From an uncultured Clostridium sp. (GTDB taxonomy: Bacteria > Bacillota > Clostridia > TANB77 > CAG-508): a stretch of DNA of 64,000 nucleotides. The translations under genes were made by a program, and so were the position numbers. Below, piece by piece: positions 19,133 to 30,743 of the stretch. The notes below the pieces were generated by a model. The model saw only the letters and a program-made list of their open reading frames with translations, was not told the DNA's origin and did not search any database. Position 1 is the stretch's first letter. Each line of letters begins with the position of its first letter. The DNA lies in the NCBI GenBank assembly GCA_948437895.1, contig CAOJKK010000001.1, forward strand, positions 27,163 through 91,162. Direction: 5' to 3'.

Positions 19133-19163
19133 TGCGACAAAAACCCCCGTCCCATTTGTCGCA
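19133..19163. repeat. GC-rich palindromic repeat, family B (TGCGACAAA-loop-TTTGTCGCA), copy 1
   Basis: Near-identical to 33007..33036; 9-bp perfect stem with ACCCCCGTCCCA loop; sits downstream of rpoC. Confidence 0.7.
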
Positions 19164-19202
19164 ATTTAAAAAGAAGAAGATTTTCATCTTCTTCCTAAAA
19201 TA

Positions 19203-22200
19203 TTATTCTACAGATTCTCCTGTTTGTTCTTCTTGTTTTTCTGTATTTATTTTTATATCTCTGTATGCTTGCATTCCTGTTCCTGCTGGAATTAGTTTTC
19301 CTATAATAACATTTTCTTTTAATCCTATTAATGAATCCACTTTTCCTTTTATTGCAGCTTCTGTAAGTACTCTTGTTGTCTCTTGGAATGATGCTGCTGA
19401 TAAGAAACTTTCTGTTGCAAGCGATGCTTTTGTTATACCAAGTAGAGCTCTTGTTCCTGTTGCAGGTCTTAATCCTTCTGCTACCATTTTTTCGTTTTCT
19501 TCATTAAAGTCATTAACATCTACTAATGCCCCTGCAAACATTGATGTATCTCCATTGTCTTCTACTTTTACTTTTTTAAGCATTTGTCTACTTATTACTT
19601 CAATATGTTTGTCATTGATATCAACACCTTGATTTCTATATACTTTTTGTACTTCTGATGTTAAATAGTTAAATACTCCTTCAGGCCCTTTTATAGCTAA
19701 TATTTCGTTTGGATTAATTGATCCTTCTGTAATTGGATCTCCTGCTTTAATTTCGTCACCATCTTTAACTTTTAGTTTTGATCCAAAACTAATTGCATAT
19801 GTTTTTGAGTTGTCTTTGCTTGTTACAGTAACTTCTTTTCTCTTCTTAACTTCTGCAATTTTTACTGTTCCGTCTATTTCAGATATTACAGCTAATCCCT
19901 TTGGTTTTCTAGCTTCAAATAACTCTTCAACCCTAGGTAAACCTTGTGTGATATCTCCTCCAGCTACACCACCTGTATGGAATGTTCTCATTGTAAGCTG
20001 TGTACCAGGCTCACCAATTGATTGTGCAGCAATGATACCAACTGCTTCACCAATATTAACTTCTTTTCTAGTTGCTAAGCCCATACCATAACATTTAGCA
20101 CATACACCATGTTTTGTTTTACATCCTAATACTGAACGTACTTCTACTTTTTCTATTCCAGCATTAACTATTTTATCAGCTATATCTGGAGTAATTAAAG
20201 TATCTGTGTCTACTATTAGTTCATTAGTTTCTGGATTAAGTATGTCATGAAGTGCATATCTACCAACTAATCTTTCATGTAGTTTTTCTATTATTTGTTT
20301 TCCATCTTTTATGTCTTCGATTTCTATTCCTTCTGTTGTTCCACAATCAGGTTCCCTTACAATTATATCTTGAGATACATCTACTAATCTTCTTGTTAAG
20401 TATCCAGAGTCAGCTGTTCTTAAAGCTGTATCTGCTAAACCTTTTCTAGCACCATGTGAAGAAACGAAATATTCTAGAACATCTAACCCTTCTCTGAAGC
20501 ATGATTTGATTGGTATCTCAACTGCTTTACCTGATGTATCAGCCATAAGTCCACGCATACCAGCAATTTGACGTAATTGGTTCATGTTACCCCTTGCTCC
20601 AGATTGCGCCATCATGTATATTGGGTTTAAGTCATCGAAATTATCTTTCATTGCATCTGTAACTTCATTTGTTGCATTTTCCCATACTTTGATTATTGAA
20701 GAATATCTTTCTTCGTCTGTTATTAAACCACGATTATATTGTTTTCTTATTTCTTCTACTTTTTTATCTCCATCTGCTAATATTTTCTTTTTAGCTTCTG
20801 GAACTGCAACATCGTGAACTGACACTGTTATTGCACCTTTTGTAGAATATTTAAATCCTAATGTTTTGATATAGTCTAATAATTCTGCTGATCTGTTTAA
20901 TCCATGTTTATCTATACATTTAGCAATAATTGTTCCTAAGTTCTTCTTCATAACTGGGAAGTCTATTTCTAAGTCAAATTCTTTTTCTGGATCTGTTCTA
21001 TCTACAAATCCTAAATCTTGAGGAATTTCTTCGTTATATATAAGTCTTCCAACTGTTGCTTCTATTGTTTTTGTTTTCTTTTCTCCATCTATTTCCTTTG
21101 TTAATCTTACTTTTACTTTAGCATGTAATCCAACATCTCCATTTTGATAAGCAAGTAATGCTTCATCAATATCTTTGAAATACATACCTTCGCCTTTTTC
21201 ACCATCTATTTGCATTGTTAGATAGTAGCTTCCAAGTATCATATCTTGTGTTGGTACTGTAACTGGTTTACCATCTTGTGGTTTTAAAAGGTTGTTTACA
21301 GATAACATTAAGTATCTAGCTTCTGCTTGTGCTTCTGGAGATAATGGTACGTGAACTGCCATTTGGTCTCCATCGAAGTCAGCATTGAATGCTGTACATA
21401 CTAATGGGTGAAGTTTTATTGCTCTTCCTTCTACTAAAACTGGTTCAAATGCTTGAATACCTAATCTATGTAGTGTTGGAGCACGGTTTAACATTACTGG
21501 ATGATCAGCAATTACTTCTTCTAATATATCCCATACTTCTGGTCTTAATTTTTCTACCATTCTTTTTGCATTTTTTATATTATGAGCAAGACCTCTTCCT
21601 ACTAATTCTCTCATAACAAATGGTTTGAATAGCTCTATTGCCATTTCTTTTGGAAGTCCACATTGGTATATTTTAAGTTCTGGTCCAACTACTATAACTG
21701 AACGTCCTGAATAGTCAACCCTTTTTCCAAGTAAGTTTTGACGGAAACGTCCTTGTTTTCCTTTAAGCATATCTGATAATGATTTTAAAGGTCTGTTTCC
21801 AGCACCTGTTACAGGTCTTCCACGTCTTCCATTGTCTATTAATGCATCTACAGATTCTTGTAACATTCTTTTTTCGTTTCTTACAATTATCTCTGGTGCA
21901 CCTAATTCTAATAATCTTTTTAATCTGTTATTTCTGTTTATAACTCTTCTATATAGATCATTTAAGTCAGATGTTGCAAATCTTCCACCATCTAATTGAA
22001 CCATTGGTCTTATTTCTGGTGGTATTACAGGTATAACATTCATTACCATCCATTCTGGTTTGTTTCCAGATAGTCTAAAACTTTCAACTGTATCTAATCT
22101 TTTAACAAGTTTTGATCTTTTTTGTTCACTTGCTTTTTCTAAGTCTTTTTTTAGTTTAACTGATAATTTATCTAAATCTACTTCTTGTAATAAAGTTCTT

Positions 22201-22742
22201 ATTGCTTCTGCTCCCATTTTAGCTGTAAAAGAACCTCTTCCATATTTTTCTTCAGCTTCTCTATATTCTTTTTCTGTTAATACTTGACATTTTGTAAGGT
22301 CTGTTGTTCCTTTGTCTAATACTATATAAGATGCAAAGTATATAACTTTCTCTAAGCTTCTTGGAGAAATATCTAATACTAATGCAACTCTACTTGGTAT
22401 ACCTTTGAAATACCAAATATGAGCAACTGGTGCAGCAAGTTCAATATGTCCCATTCTTTCACGTCTTACTTTTGATTTTGTTACTTCAACACCACATCTA
22501 TCACATATTATTCCTTTATATCTTACTCTTTTATATTTACCACAATGACATTCCCAGTCTTTTGTAGGACCAAATATTTTTTCACAGAATAAACCATCTT
22601 TTTCTGGTTTTAAAGTTCTATAATTGATAGTCTCTGGTTTTTTCACTTCACCTTTTGACCATTCTCTTATTTTTTCATCTGATGCTAAACCAACTTTTAA
22701 TTTATTGAATATTTCTAATTCATCTTTTACTTCTTTGTTTTC
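19203..22742 (-). CDS. rpoC: DNA-directed RNA polymerase subunit beta prime
   Basis: Unmistakable RpoC sequence ([12 protein letters not shown] etc.); start placed at MENKEVK with AAGGGGGAAAG RBS rather than the upstream ATG at 22799. Confidence 0.95.
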   Translation of the reverse strand, partial: ENKEVKDELEIFNKLKVGLASDEKIREWSKGEVKKPETINYRTLKPEKDGLFCEKIFGPTKDWECHCGKYKRVRYKGIICDRCGVEVTKSKVRRERMGHIELAAPVAHIWYFKGIPSRVALVLDISPRSLEKVIYFASYIVLDKGTTDLTKCQVLTEKEYREAEEKYGRGSFTAKMGAEAIRTLLQEVDLDKLSVKLKKDLEKASEQKRSKLVKRLDTVESFRLSGNKPEWMVMNVIPVIPPEIRPMVQLDGGRFATSDLNDLYRRVINRNNRLKRLLELGAPEIIVRNEKRMLQESVDALIDNGRRGRPVTGAGNRPLKSLSDMLKGKQGRFRQNLLGKRVDYSGRSVIVVGPELKIYQCGLPKEMAIELFKPFVMRELVGRGLAHNIKNAKRMVEKLRPEVWDILEEVIADHPVMLNRAPTLHRLGIQAFEPVLVEGRAIKLHPLVCTAFNADFDGDQMAVHVPLSPEAQAEARYLMLSVNNLLKPQDGKPVTVPTQDMILGSYYLTMQIDGEKGEGMYFKDIDEALLAYQNGDVGLHAKVKVRLTKEIDGEKKTKTIEATVGRLIYNEEIPQDLGFVDRTDPEKEFDLEIDFPVMKKNLGTIIAKCIDKHGLNRSAELLDYIKTLGFKYSTKGAITVSVHDVAVPEAKKKILADGDKKVEEIRKQYNRGLITDEERYSSIIKVWENATNEVTDAMKDNFDDLNPIYMMAQSGARGNMNQLRQIAGMRGLMADTSGKAVEIPIKSCFREGLDVLEYFVSSHGARKGLADTALRTADSGYLTRRLVDVSQDIIVREPDCGTTEGIEIEDIKDGKQIIEKLHERLVGRYALHDILNPETNELIVDTDTLITPDIADKIVNAGIEKVEVRSVLGCKTKHGVCAKCYGMGLATRKEVNIGEAVGIIAAQSIGEPGTQLTMRTFHTGGVAGGDITQGLPRVEELFEARKPKGLAVISEIDGTVKIAEVKKRKEVTVTSKDNSKTYAISFGSKLKVKDGDEIKAGDPITEGSINPNEILAIKGPEGVFNYLTSEVQKVYRNQGVDINDKHIEVISRQMLKKVKVEDNGDTSMFAGALVDVNDFNEENEKMVAEGLRPATGTRALLGITKASLATESFLSAASFQETTRVLTEAAIKGKVDSLIGLKENVIIGKLIPAGTGMQAYRDIKINTEKQEEQTGESVE

Positions 22743-22913
22743 CATTAAGGCTCTTTCCCCCTTCAATATTTGAAGAATTCTATTCTTCTTGTAAACCATA
22801 TATATGGCCTAAATCTAAGTACATGCACTCTTTAAAACAAGACATACACTGCTCGAACAATTCCATTTTGTGGTCTTGTTTTAAATCGTACTAAATATTC
22901 AATTATTTATATA

Positions 22914-25900
22914 TTACTCATCTATAATGTCTTCTTCATTCATGATATTGTCTGTTGCAAGTTCATTATCAAAGATTTCATTATCTTCAATTGCTATATC
23001 TTCATCTTCAATGATATCTTCATCAAATTCTTCTTCTATGAAATCTCCTGATAATTCTTCTTCATCAACTACGGCATCTTCTTCAGGCATTACTTTATTT
23101 AAGTCTTCTATATTTAAGTCTATTCCTTCTTCGATATTTTCTTTTAGTTCTAATTCCTCATCGTCTTCAGAATATAAACGTACATCTAATCCTAAACTTT
23201 GTAATTCTTTTACTAATACTTTAAAGCTTTCTGGAACTCCTGGTTCAGGAACATTCTCGCCTTTAACAATTGACTCGTAAGTTTTTACTCTTCCTACAAC
23301 ATCATCAGATTTGATTGTTAAGATTTCTTGAAGTGTGTATGCTGCACCATATGCTTCTAGTGCCCAAACCTCCATCTCTCCAAATCTTTGTCCACCGAAT
23401 TGAGCTTTACCTCCTAAAGGTTGTTGTGTTACTAATGAGTATGGTCCAGTTGAACGAGCATGTATTTTATCATCAACTAAGTGGTGAAGTTTTAACATGT
23501 ACATTACACCAACTGTAATTGGTTTATCAAATGGTTCTCCAGTTCTTCCATCATAAAGAATTGTTTTACCATCTTCTGATAATCCTGATTCTTTTAATAG
23601 TTCAACTATATCTTCTTCTGTTGCACCATCAAATACAGGTGTTGCAACTTTCATTCCTAGTAATCTTGCAGCTGCACCTAAGTGAACCTCTAAAACTTGA
23701 CCAAGGTTCATACGTGAAGGTACACCAAGTGGGTTTAGAACAACATCAACTGGTGTTCCATCTGGCATGAATGGCATGTCTTCAACTGGTAATATTCTTG
23801 AAATAACACCTTTGTTACCATGACGTCCAGCCATCTTATCTCCAACTGATATTTTTCTCTTTTGAGCTATGTATACTCTAATTACTTCATTTACTCCAGG
23901 TCCAAGTTCATCAGAGTTTTCTCTGTTATATACTTTAACATCAACTATTGTTCCTTGTTCTCCATGTGGTACTCTAAGTGATGTATCTCTTACTTCTCTT
24001 GCTTTCTCTCCAAATATTGCACGTAGTAATCTTTCTTCTGCTGATAATTCTGTTTCTCCTTTTGGAGTAACTTTTCCTACTAATATATCACCAGGTCTTA
24101 CTTCTGCACCTATTCTTATGATACCATTTTCGTCTAAGTCTTTTAAGTTTTCTTCACCTATGTTTGGAATGTCTCTTGTTATTTCTTCTGCTCCAAGTTT
24201 TGTGTCTCTACATTCACAATCATATTCTTCTATATGTATAGATGTATAAACATCTTCTTTTACTAATCTTTCACTTAATAGTATAGCATCCTCGTAGTTG
24301 TATCCTTCCCATGTTGTGAATGCTATAAGTACGTTTTTACCAAGTGCCATTTCTCCATTTTGTGTAGAAGGTCCGTCAGCTATAACATCATTTGCTTTTA
24401 CTTTTTCTCCTTTTACAACGATTGGATGTTGATTTATACATGTACCACCATTTGTTCTTTTGAACTTACGTAGTCTGTATATATCTTTTTCACCTGATTT
24501 TGTTTTTATAACGATTTCGTCTCCAGTAACTCTTTCAACTACACCATCATTTTTTGCAAGTACTGTGATTCCAGAATCTTTCGCTGCTCTATATTCAATA
24601 CCTGTTCCAACTATTGGAGAATCTGTAATCATAAGTGGAACTGCTTGACGTTGCATGTTTGCACCCATTAATGCACGGTTAGCATCATCATGCTCTAAGA
24701 ATGGTATCATAGCAGCACCTACAGATACTAATTGTTTAGGTGATACGTCAACGAAGTCTACTTTATCTGCTTCTACTTCTTTGATTTCATCTAAGTATCT
24801 TACTCTTATAAGTTTGTTTTTGAACTTACCTTCTTTTGTCATAGGCTCTGTTGCCTGTGCAATAATGTATTCATCTTCTTCATCAGCTGTCATATATATA
24901 ACTTCATCTGTTATTTTATGTGTTTTTGGATCTACTTTTCTATATGGTGTTTCTACAAATCCATATTCATTGATTACTGCAAATGTTGAAAGTGCAGATA
25001 TTAATCCAATGTTTGGTCCTTCAGGAGACTCTATTGGACAAAGTCTTCCATAGTGAGTATAGTGAACGTCACGAACTTCGAATCCTGCTCTTTCTCTTGA
25101 AAGTCCTCCAGGTCCTAATGCTGAAATTCTTCTTTTATGAGTTAATTCTGATAATGGGTTTGTTTGATCCATAAATTGTGATAATTGTGAACTACCAAAG
25201 AATTCTCTTATTGAAGATGTTATTGGTTTTGTGTTTATTAATGTTTGTGGTGTTATAACATCTAAGTCTTGAATTGTCATTCTCTCACGAACAACTCTTT
25301 CAAGTCTTGTAAGACCAATTCTAAATTGGTTTTGTAATAATTCACCAACACATCTTATACGTCTGTTTCCTAAGTGGTCAATATCATCAATTCTTCCTAA
25401 ATCATATTGTAAGTTTAATAAATAGTTTACTGATGATATCATATCTTCTGTAACGATATGTTTTGGTACTAATTCTTCTTCTCTTTCTTCTATTGCTTTC
25501 TTTAAGTCTTTTTCGTCTGTATTTTCTAATATATTTTTTAATACTTCATAATTTACTAATTCTTTAATGTTGATTCCTAATTTTGCTGTATCAACATATG
25601 CATTTATATCTACTGTTCCATTACCTATTACTCTAACTTTTTTGTCATCTACTTTTACATCTACAATATTTATTCCTAAATCTTGTACTTGTTTTGCTGA
25701 TTCTTTAGATATAACTGTATCTTTTTCTACTAATATTTCTCCAGTTTCACTATTTAATATATCGCTATATGCAACTTGACCTGCTATTCTTGATGCTAAA
25801 TTTAATTTTTTATTAAATTTATATCTTCCTACTTTTGCTAAATCATATCTTCTTGGATCGAAGAATAAGTTATTGAATAAGTTTCTTGCTGCATCAACTG

Positions 25901-26636
25901 TTGGAAGTTCTCCTGGTCTTAATTTTTTGTATATTTCTACAATAGCTTCTTCACTTGTTTTTACTGTGTCTTTTGCTATTGTTGCTAGGATTTTTTCATC
26001 TTCTCCAAATACATCTATTATTTGCTCATCTGAAACTAATCCTATTGCTCTTAAAAGAACTGTTACAGGTAGTTTTCTTGTTCTATCTATTCTTACATAG
26101 AATATATCATTACTATCTGTTTCATATTCTAGCCATGCTCCTCTTATTGGCATAACTGTAGATTTGTATAATTTCTTTCCTGTTTTGTCATAATCTGATT
26201 CATAGTAACATCCTGGTGAACGTACTAATTGACTTACTACAACTCTTTCTGCACCATTTATTACGAATGTACCGCTATCTGTCATTAAAGGGAAATCTCC
26301 TAAATAGATTTCTTGTTCTTTAATTTCTCCAGTCTCACGATTAATAAGCCTTACTTTTACATGTAATCTTGTTGAGTAAGTTGCGTCTCTTTCTTTAGCT
26401 TCTTCTAAAGAGTATTTAGTTTTTTCTTCCATATAATAATCGAAAAATTCAAGAACTAAATTACCAGAATAATCAATGATTGGTGAAATATCTTTTAATA
26501 CTTCTCCTAGACCTTCTTTTATAAACCAATCATATGAATCTTTTTGAACTTGGATAAGGTTTGGTATGTCAACGAAATCTCCTATCCTTGCAAATGTTTT
26601 CCTTGTTGTCTTTTCATAGTTTAAGTCTTTTAACAA
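22914..26636 (-). CDS. rpoB: DNA-directed RNA polymerase subunit beta
   Basis: Unmistakable RpoB sequence; ORF extends to 26684 but likely start is TTG at 26636 nine nt after AAGGAG; acidic C-terminal tail. Confidence 0.95.
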   Translation of the reverse strand: MLKDLNYEKTTRKTFARIGDFVDIPNLIQVQKDSYDWFIKEGLGEVLKDISPIIDYSGNLVLEFFDYYMEEKTKYSLEEAKERDATYSTRLHVKVRLINRETGEIKEQEIYLGDFPLMTDSGTFVINGAERVVVSQLVRSPGCYYESDYDKTGKKLYKSTVMPIRGAWLEYETDSNDIFYVRIDRTRKLPVTVLLRAIGLVSDEQIIDVFGEDEKILATIAKDTVKTSEEAIVEIYKKLRPGELPTVDAARNLFNNLFFDPRRYDLAKVGRYKFNKKLNLASRIAGQVAYSDILNSETGEILVEKDTVISKESAKQVQDLGINIVDVKVDDKKVRVIGNGTVDINAYVDTAKLGINIKELVNYEVLKNILENTDEKDLKKAIEEREEELVPKHIVTEDMISSVNYLLNLQYDLGRIDDIDHLGNRRIRCVGELLQNQFRIGLTRLERVVRERMTIQDLDVITPQTLINTKPITSSIREFFGSSQLSQFMDQTNPLSELTHKRRISALGPGGLSRERAGFEVRDVHYTHYGRLCPIESPEGPNIGLISALSTFAVINEYGFVETPYRKVDPKTHKITDEVIYMTADEEDEYIIAQATEPMTKEGKFKNKLIRVRYLDEIKEVEADKVDFVDVSPKQLVSVGAAMIPFLEHDDANRALMGANMQRQAVPLMITDSPIVGTGIEYRAAKDSGITVLAKNDGVVERVTGDEIVIKTKSGEKDIYRLRKFKRTNGGTCINQHPIVVKGEKVKANDVIADGPSTQNGEMALGKNVLIAFTTWEGYNYEDAILLSERLVKEDVYTSIHIEEYDCECRDTKLGAEEITRDIPNIGEENLKDLDENGIIRIGAEVRPGDILVGKVTPKGETELSAEERLLRAIFGEKAREVRDTSLRVPHGEQGTIVDVKVYNRENSDELGPGVNEVIRVYIAQKRKISVGDKMAGRHGNKGVISRILPVEDMPFMPDGTPVDVVLNPLGVPSRMNLGQVLEVHLGAAARLLGMKVATPVFDGATEEDIVELLKESGLSEDGKTILYDGRTGEPFDKPITVGVMYMLKLHHLVDDKIHARSTGPYSLVTQQPLGGKAQFGGQRFGEMEVWALEAYGAAYTLQEILTIKSDDVVGRVKTYESIVKGENVPEPGVPESFKVLVKELQSLGLDVRLYSEDDEELELKENIEEGIDLNIEDLNKVMPEEDAVVDEEELSGDFIEEEFDEDIIEDEDIAIEDNEIFDNELATDNIMNEEDIIDE

Positions 26637-27127
26637 ATAAATCAACTCCTTAAATCGCAGTGAGTGGTGGGAAATGATTATCATTTCACTTTACACACTT
26701 TCATCTGTATTTTTTTGAGCAGATATATATTTTTATTAAATAAAGTCCCTCTTAAATATTAATGTATTATATTCCTCAAAACTGTACTGCCCTATATCAA
26801 TTTTGATTCCATATAACCTTATGTAATATTTAATTCCTCTTTATTTAATTTAAAAAATCTTTTTAAGAAACTAAGAGTAATAAGTAATAAACAATACAAA
26901 AAAGTGTAGTAATATTTTATAAACATTTATAAAATCCAATGTTCCCTACACTTTTATTCTATTATTAATTTAACTTACTATATTTTCTATTTTAACCACC
27001 CTTAGTATATAAGAGCTACATATTTTCACTTGCAAAATATGTGCCATATAATAATATCATACGAAAATGTGGCTTGTCAACATTTTTTCAAATTATTTTT
27101 TGCATTCTGTAATCACAAGCTTGAATA

Positions 27128-27156
27128 TTTACAAAATTTACATAAGATGGTATAAT
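27128..27156 (+). promoter_or_regulatory. sigma-A promoter for the WG-repeat gene
   Basis: TTTACA -17- TGGTATAAT (extended -10). Confidence 0.5.
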
Positions 27157-27199
27157 TTAATAGTAACAATTTATAAAATTATTTTAAGGAGAGAACATA

Positions 27200-28024
27200 A
27201 TGCTAAAAATTCAAAAAACAATAGTAAATAAAAACGGAGATCGGTTAGTTTTTGATAATATAACCAAATACGATTACTTTTACCTTACAGAATCAGATAA
27301 TCAGTTTGGAGCTTTAAATTTAGATGGTATAGAAATAATCAAACCTATCTATGACAAGATAATTCCATCAAAATATGGTTTCTACATAGTAGAAAAGAAT
27401 AATTTGCAAGGTCTTATTAGTCCAAGCGGTCTATTAGTTCTTCCTGTAAAGTTTTCATGTATAGATACTTCTTGTAAAGACGAAATGGTAGAGGTTTTAA
27501 TTAATGGCAAGTTTGGCTTCTTTAATATCTTTACGAATTATCTTATAGAACCTATATATGATTTCACAGAGTATTTCTTTAAAGGTATATGTAAAGTAGG
27601 AAGAGATAACAAATTCGGTTTCATAAATAAAAAAGGTATCGAATATATCCCTGTAAAATATGATTTTATCTCAGAGCCTTATTGTCAAGTCTGTAAAACA
27701 ATGATAAAAAATAAATTGGGAGCCATCTCTTTAGATGGTAAAGAATATTTACCATCAATTTATGACGAAGTGCATGGATTTGATTTTGATTTTGGATTTG
27801 CCAAGAAAGAAAATCTCTATATATGCGTAGATAAAACTGGAAAAGAAATTTTCTGTCTTGATAAAACAAAAGGAATCATACGTACAGGGGACGGTTATCA
27901 AAAAACCTTTGATGATAATTACGAAAAGCACTTTAAATTTGATTGTGGTCTTATTGTTACAAAACTATATGGCATATATCATTGTATAAGTGATAATGGT
28001 TATATTTCCGTTGATTTTTACTAA
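27200..28024 (+). CDS. WG (KWG) repeat-containing protein
   Basis: Multiple repeats of the type FGFINKKGIEYIPVKYD / GAISLDGKEYLPSIYDE; AAGGAG RBS. Confidence 0.6.
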   Translation: MLKIQKTIVNKNGDRLVFDNITKYDYFYLTESDNQFGALNLDGIEIIKPIYDKIIPSKYGFYIVEKNNLQGLISPSGLLVLPVKFSCIDTSCKDEMVEVLINGKFGFFNIFTNYLIEPIYDFTEYFFKGICKVGRDNKFGFINKKGIEYIPVKYDFISEPYCQVCKTMIKNKLGAISLDGKEYLPSIYDEVHGFDFDFGFAKKENLYICVDKTGKEIFCLDKTKGIIRTGDGYQKTFDDNYEKHFKFDCGLIVTKLYGIYHCISDNGYISVDFY

Positions 28025-28042
28025 TTTTAGAAATGTTACCAA

Positions 28043-28070
28043 AAAAGCACCTTAATAGGTGCTTTTTTGT
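28043..28070 (+). terminator. rho-independent terminator
   Basis: AAAAGCACC-TTAATA-GGTGCTTTT followed by T-run. Confidence 0.65.
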
Positions 28071-28107
28071 TTCTAAATTATACTCAATTTAGGTAATTAT
28101 TAATTTA

Positions 28108-28172
28108 ATAATCCTTTAGGACGATTCAGGACAGTCCCCTTTTGTCCTTGCTATACAAAAGAGGGACAGTCC
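28108..28172. repeat. GC-rich palindromic repeat related to family A (two direct GGACAGTCCC cores within ACGATTC...GAATCGT inverted repeat)
   Basis: Between convergent genes; shares GTCCC/GGGAC core; abuts the stop codon of the minus-strand gene. Confidence 0.55.
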
Positions 28173-28679
28173 CTAGAATCGTTTATTAATTTTACCTAAA
28201 AATTTCCCTATGTCGTCTGAATCAATTGTTCCATAATTCAAATGCATATAGTTATTGTTTTTAAAGTCAATTTGCCATTCTCCAATAAAATAGCAATCCC
28301 CTCCATTTACTTTCCTACCCAATTCTAATGTAAGAAGTCTTGGTATTCTTTTAGTTAATACCAATGCTAAACATACAGCTTGTCCATAGTCAGTTAATGG
28401 TTTAGGCATAATGAAATTAAATACTTTCATTTCATTATCTAAGATAGAGTATGATATATTAAAATCCTCTGGTTTTATTTCTCTATCTAAATCAATAATA
28501 TCTATTTCATCAGTATATTCTAATTCTAATTTTACTTCATTCCATAATTTACAAAAATACTGTTTCAGAGTTTCTGGTCCTTCATTTAATAATAAATTAG
28601 TTTTCTCCCAATCTTCGAATATTAAGTCCCTTATTTTTTCATGTGCCATAATATAATGAATACTTGATTTGTTTTCCAT
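28173..28679 (-). CDS. hypothetical protein
   Basis: 168 aa ORF, no recognisable motif. Confidence 0.4.
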   Translation of the reverse strand: MENKSSIHYIMAHEKIRDLIFEDWEKTNLLLNEGPETLKQYFCKLWNEVKLELEYTDEIDIIDLDREIKPEDFNISYSILDNEMKVFNFIMPKPLTDYGQAVCLALVLTKRIPRLLTLELGRKVNGGDCYFIGEWQIDFKNNNYMHLNYGTIDSDDIGKFLGKINKRF

Positions 28680-28786
28680 ATTCCCCTCCTGTTTATATAC
28701 TTTTTAGTTTGTACTTTATAATATCATAGTGCAATTTATTTGGAAGATTTTGTCAGGGTTTTATTATGTATTAATAAACATAATTT

Positions 28787-29501
28787 TTAATCCATTAAAT
28801 TAATCCCCATATGTTTTTGCAACTCTTTATTAATTGTTTTTCTTACATAAAGTCCATTTTCGCTACAATATTTCTTTATAGCATTTTCCGTTTCTTCTCC
28901 AAACTTACCATTAGGATTACTGTTAAAGAAGCCTAAATCTTTAAGTTTCTTTTGTATTTCCATTACATCAGAGCCATACATTCCAGATTTTAAATCTCTT
29001 AATCCTTTTCCAAATGCTCCATATACTCCGATCTACAATTGTTACTTTTGTTCCAATTGGTATTATTTTATAAAGCTGGGCAACTTCATCATTATTCATT
29101 CTTATACATCCATGTGAGCTTGCCCATCCCACTGAATTAGGCTCTAGAGTACCATGTATTCCAAACTTACCCCAAGGCACATTTAAGCCCATCCAACTTC
29201 CTCCAAATCCTTCTCCCCATTTTGCTTTTGAAACTATAGTCCAAGTTCCTATCGGAGATGGTGTTGACCATTTTCCTCCTGAGCACTTATATGTTTTTAC
29301 TAGTGTATCATTTTCAAATAAAAATAATTTAGAATCTTCTACATCAACTAATATTTTATATGAACTAACATTATTGGAAGATGCCATTTTAGTTTTATTG
29401 GTTATATCGATTATATTTTTTAATATCATAATTATAGAGATAGTTAATATTATTAAAACTACTATCTTTAATATTGTTTTTAATTTATATACTTTTATCA
29501 T
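28787..29501 (-). pseudogene. L,D-transpeptidase (YkuD domain) with C-terminal peptidoglycan-binding domain, interrupted by a frameshift near 29010
   Basis: ORF 28968..29501 has N-terminal TM and catalytic SSHGCIRM; ORF 28787..28981 is a PG_binding_1 domain (LGFFNSNPNGKFGEETENAIKKY); reading continues GVYGAFGKGLRDLKSGMYGSD in the shifted frame. Confidence 0.6.
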
Positions 29502-29565
29502 AATACAATTATATTAATTTTATATTAATAAATGCATAAATTAATTTGCAGTTTTTTGTTAATTA

Positions 29566-29868
29566 TTAAGTATTGGAAATATTTATTGAATTTAAAATAT
29601 TTCTAGAATGATGGATAACGTTCAAGATATAAACGTTAGAATTAACTTTATATAAAATTCTATATGATTTATAGATTATTTCTCTTAGGTTTATATTATT
29701 GTATTCTGGTATTTTTCTTCCCATATAGGGAAACATTGATAAGTATTCTGTTTTATTTATTATTTCGTCTGTTGTTTTAATTGCATAATATATAGAATCT
29801 CTTGCTATGTACCTTTTAATATCTTCTAGTTCTTCCTCAGCATCCTGTTTGAATATTATACTTTTCAA
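29566..29868 (-). CDS. RelE/ParE-family toxin
   Basis: 100 aa; ParE-like pattern ...YRILYKVNSNVYILNVIHHSRN; TTG start overlapping upstream ORF. Confidence 0.55.
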   Translation of the reverse strand: MKSIIFKQDAEEELEDIKRYIARDSIYYAIKTTDEIINKTEYLSMFPYMGRKIPEYNNINLREIIYKSYRILYKVNSNVYILNVIHHSRNILNSINISNT

Positions 29869-30079
29869 TTCCTAACTCTTTTCTAATTTCATCTATTGTG
29901 TATGATTTGCCTATATCTTGTTCTATTTCCACTTCACCACATGCTACGCATATATTTATTATATCTGCTCTACTTGAATTCGGATTGTTTTTTATCTCTT
30001 TTCTCATTCTGTATAATTCTTCATATGGTAATTTCTTTAACTCTTCTAGTTTCTTTGTATTTTCTTCTACATATGTCAT
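29837..30079 (-). CDS. putative antitoxin partner of the RelE/ParE-like toxin
   Basis: 80 aa ORF immediately upstream, overlapping the toxin by 32 nt. Confidence 0.35.
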   Translation of the reverse strand: MTYVEENTKKLEELKKLPYEELYRMRKEIKNNPNSSRADIINICVACGEVEIEQDIGKSYTIDEIRKELGIEKYNIQTGC

Positions 30080-30181
30080 ATTATCACGACCTTTCTTGTT
30101 ACATTTAATTTATGCATTTATTGTTTTTATTATACATCAAAAGGAAAAAATTGTCAATTGTTTTTTTGACAGTTTTTCTTC

Positions 30182-30727
30182 TTAACCTATGTCTTTATCT
30201 AATTCATCCCATATTACAATCTCATTTTGTTCCAGACTCTTCTTCACATCTATAATTCTTTGATTACTTGAACCTCTAAATCTTAATTTTGGGTCTTTTA
30301 ATTCTTCTACAAATCTTCCATCTACAATAAAATCTATATTGTTTAGCATTTCTTTAGTAGATTCTCTATTTTCCTTTTTAATCATCTCTCCTAAAATCTG
30401 CTTATCAAATGTAAATCCTGTATAGCACCAGATTTTTTTGTCTGGATAAGTTTGTTTAACTTTCTTTATTAATGGAACTAGTCCTTCTTGATTTGTTCTT
30501 TCAAAAGGCTCTCCTCCTAATAAACTTAGTCCCGTTATATATTCTGGTTTCAAATCATCTATTATTTCATTTTGTTCATTTTCCGTGAATTCTTGACCAT
30601 AATTAAAATCCCAAGCTTCTCTATTAAAGCAATTTTTGCAATGATGATTACATCCACTTACAAATAGAGAAACTCTTACACCTGGTCCGTTTGCAACATC
30701 ACATTTTTTTATTTTTGCATATTTCAT
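30182..30727 (-). CDS. nrdG: anaerobic ribonucleoside-triphosphate reductase activating protein (radical SAM)
   Basis: CNHHCKNC radical SAM motif, adjacent to nrdD. Confidence 0.85.
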   Translation of the reverse strand: MKYAKIKKCDVANGPGVRVSLFVSGCNHHCKNCFNREAWDFNYGQEFTENEQNEIIDDLKPEYITGLSLLGGEPFERTNQEGLVPLIKKVKQTYPDKKIWCYTGFTFDKQILGEMIKKENRESTKEMLNNIDFIVDGRFVEELKDPKLRFRGSSNQRIIDVKKSLEQNEIVIWDELDKDIG

Positions 30728-30743
30728 CTATATATCCCTTCTG

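Noticed and set aside
19133-19163. Family B hairpin interpreted as the rpoC intrinsic terminator
   Set aside because: No U-run follows it on the transcribed strand and an identical copy sits in a promoter region, so it is better explained as a dispersed repeat.
19132-19632. Plus-strand 166-aa ORF starting MRQKPPSHL
   Set aside because: Its ATG lies inside the family B palindromic repeat and the rest is antisense to rpoC.
22743-22799. Upstream ATG start for rpoC ([18 protein letters not shown]...)
   Set aside because: No RBS, whereas the in-frame ATG at 22742 has a strong AAGGGGGAAAG RBS and gives an N-terminus of the usual length.
22914-23170. Long acidic C-terminal tail of RpoB as a possible anomaly
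   Set aside because: Firmicute RpoB proteins (e.g. Bacillus) commonly carry acidic C-terminal tails of similar length; not unusual.
26637-26684. Upstream ATG start for rpoB ([16 protein letters not shown])
   Set aside because: AAGGAG lies inside this extension, 9 nt upstream of an in-frame TTG (26636), which gives a conventional RpoB N-terminus.
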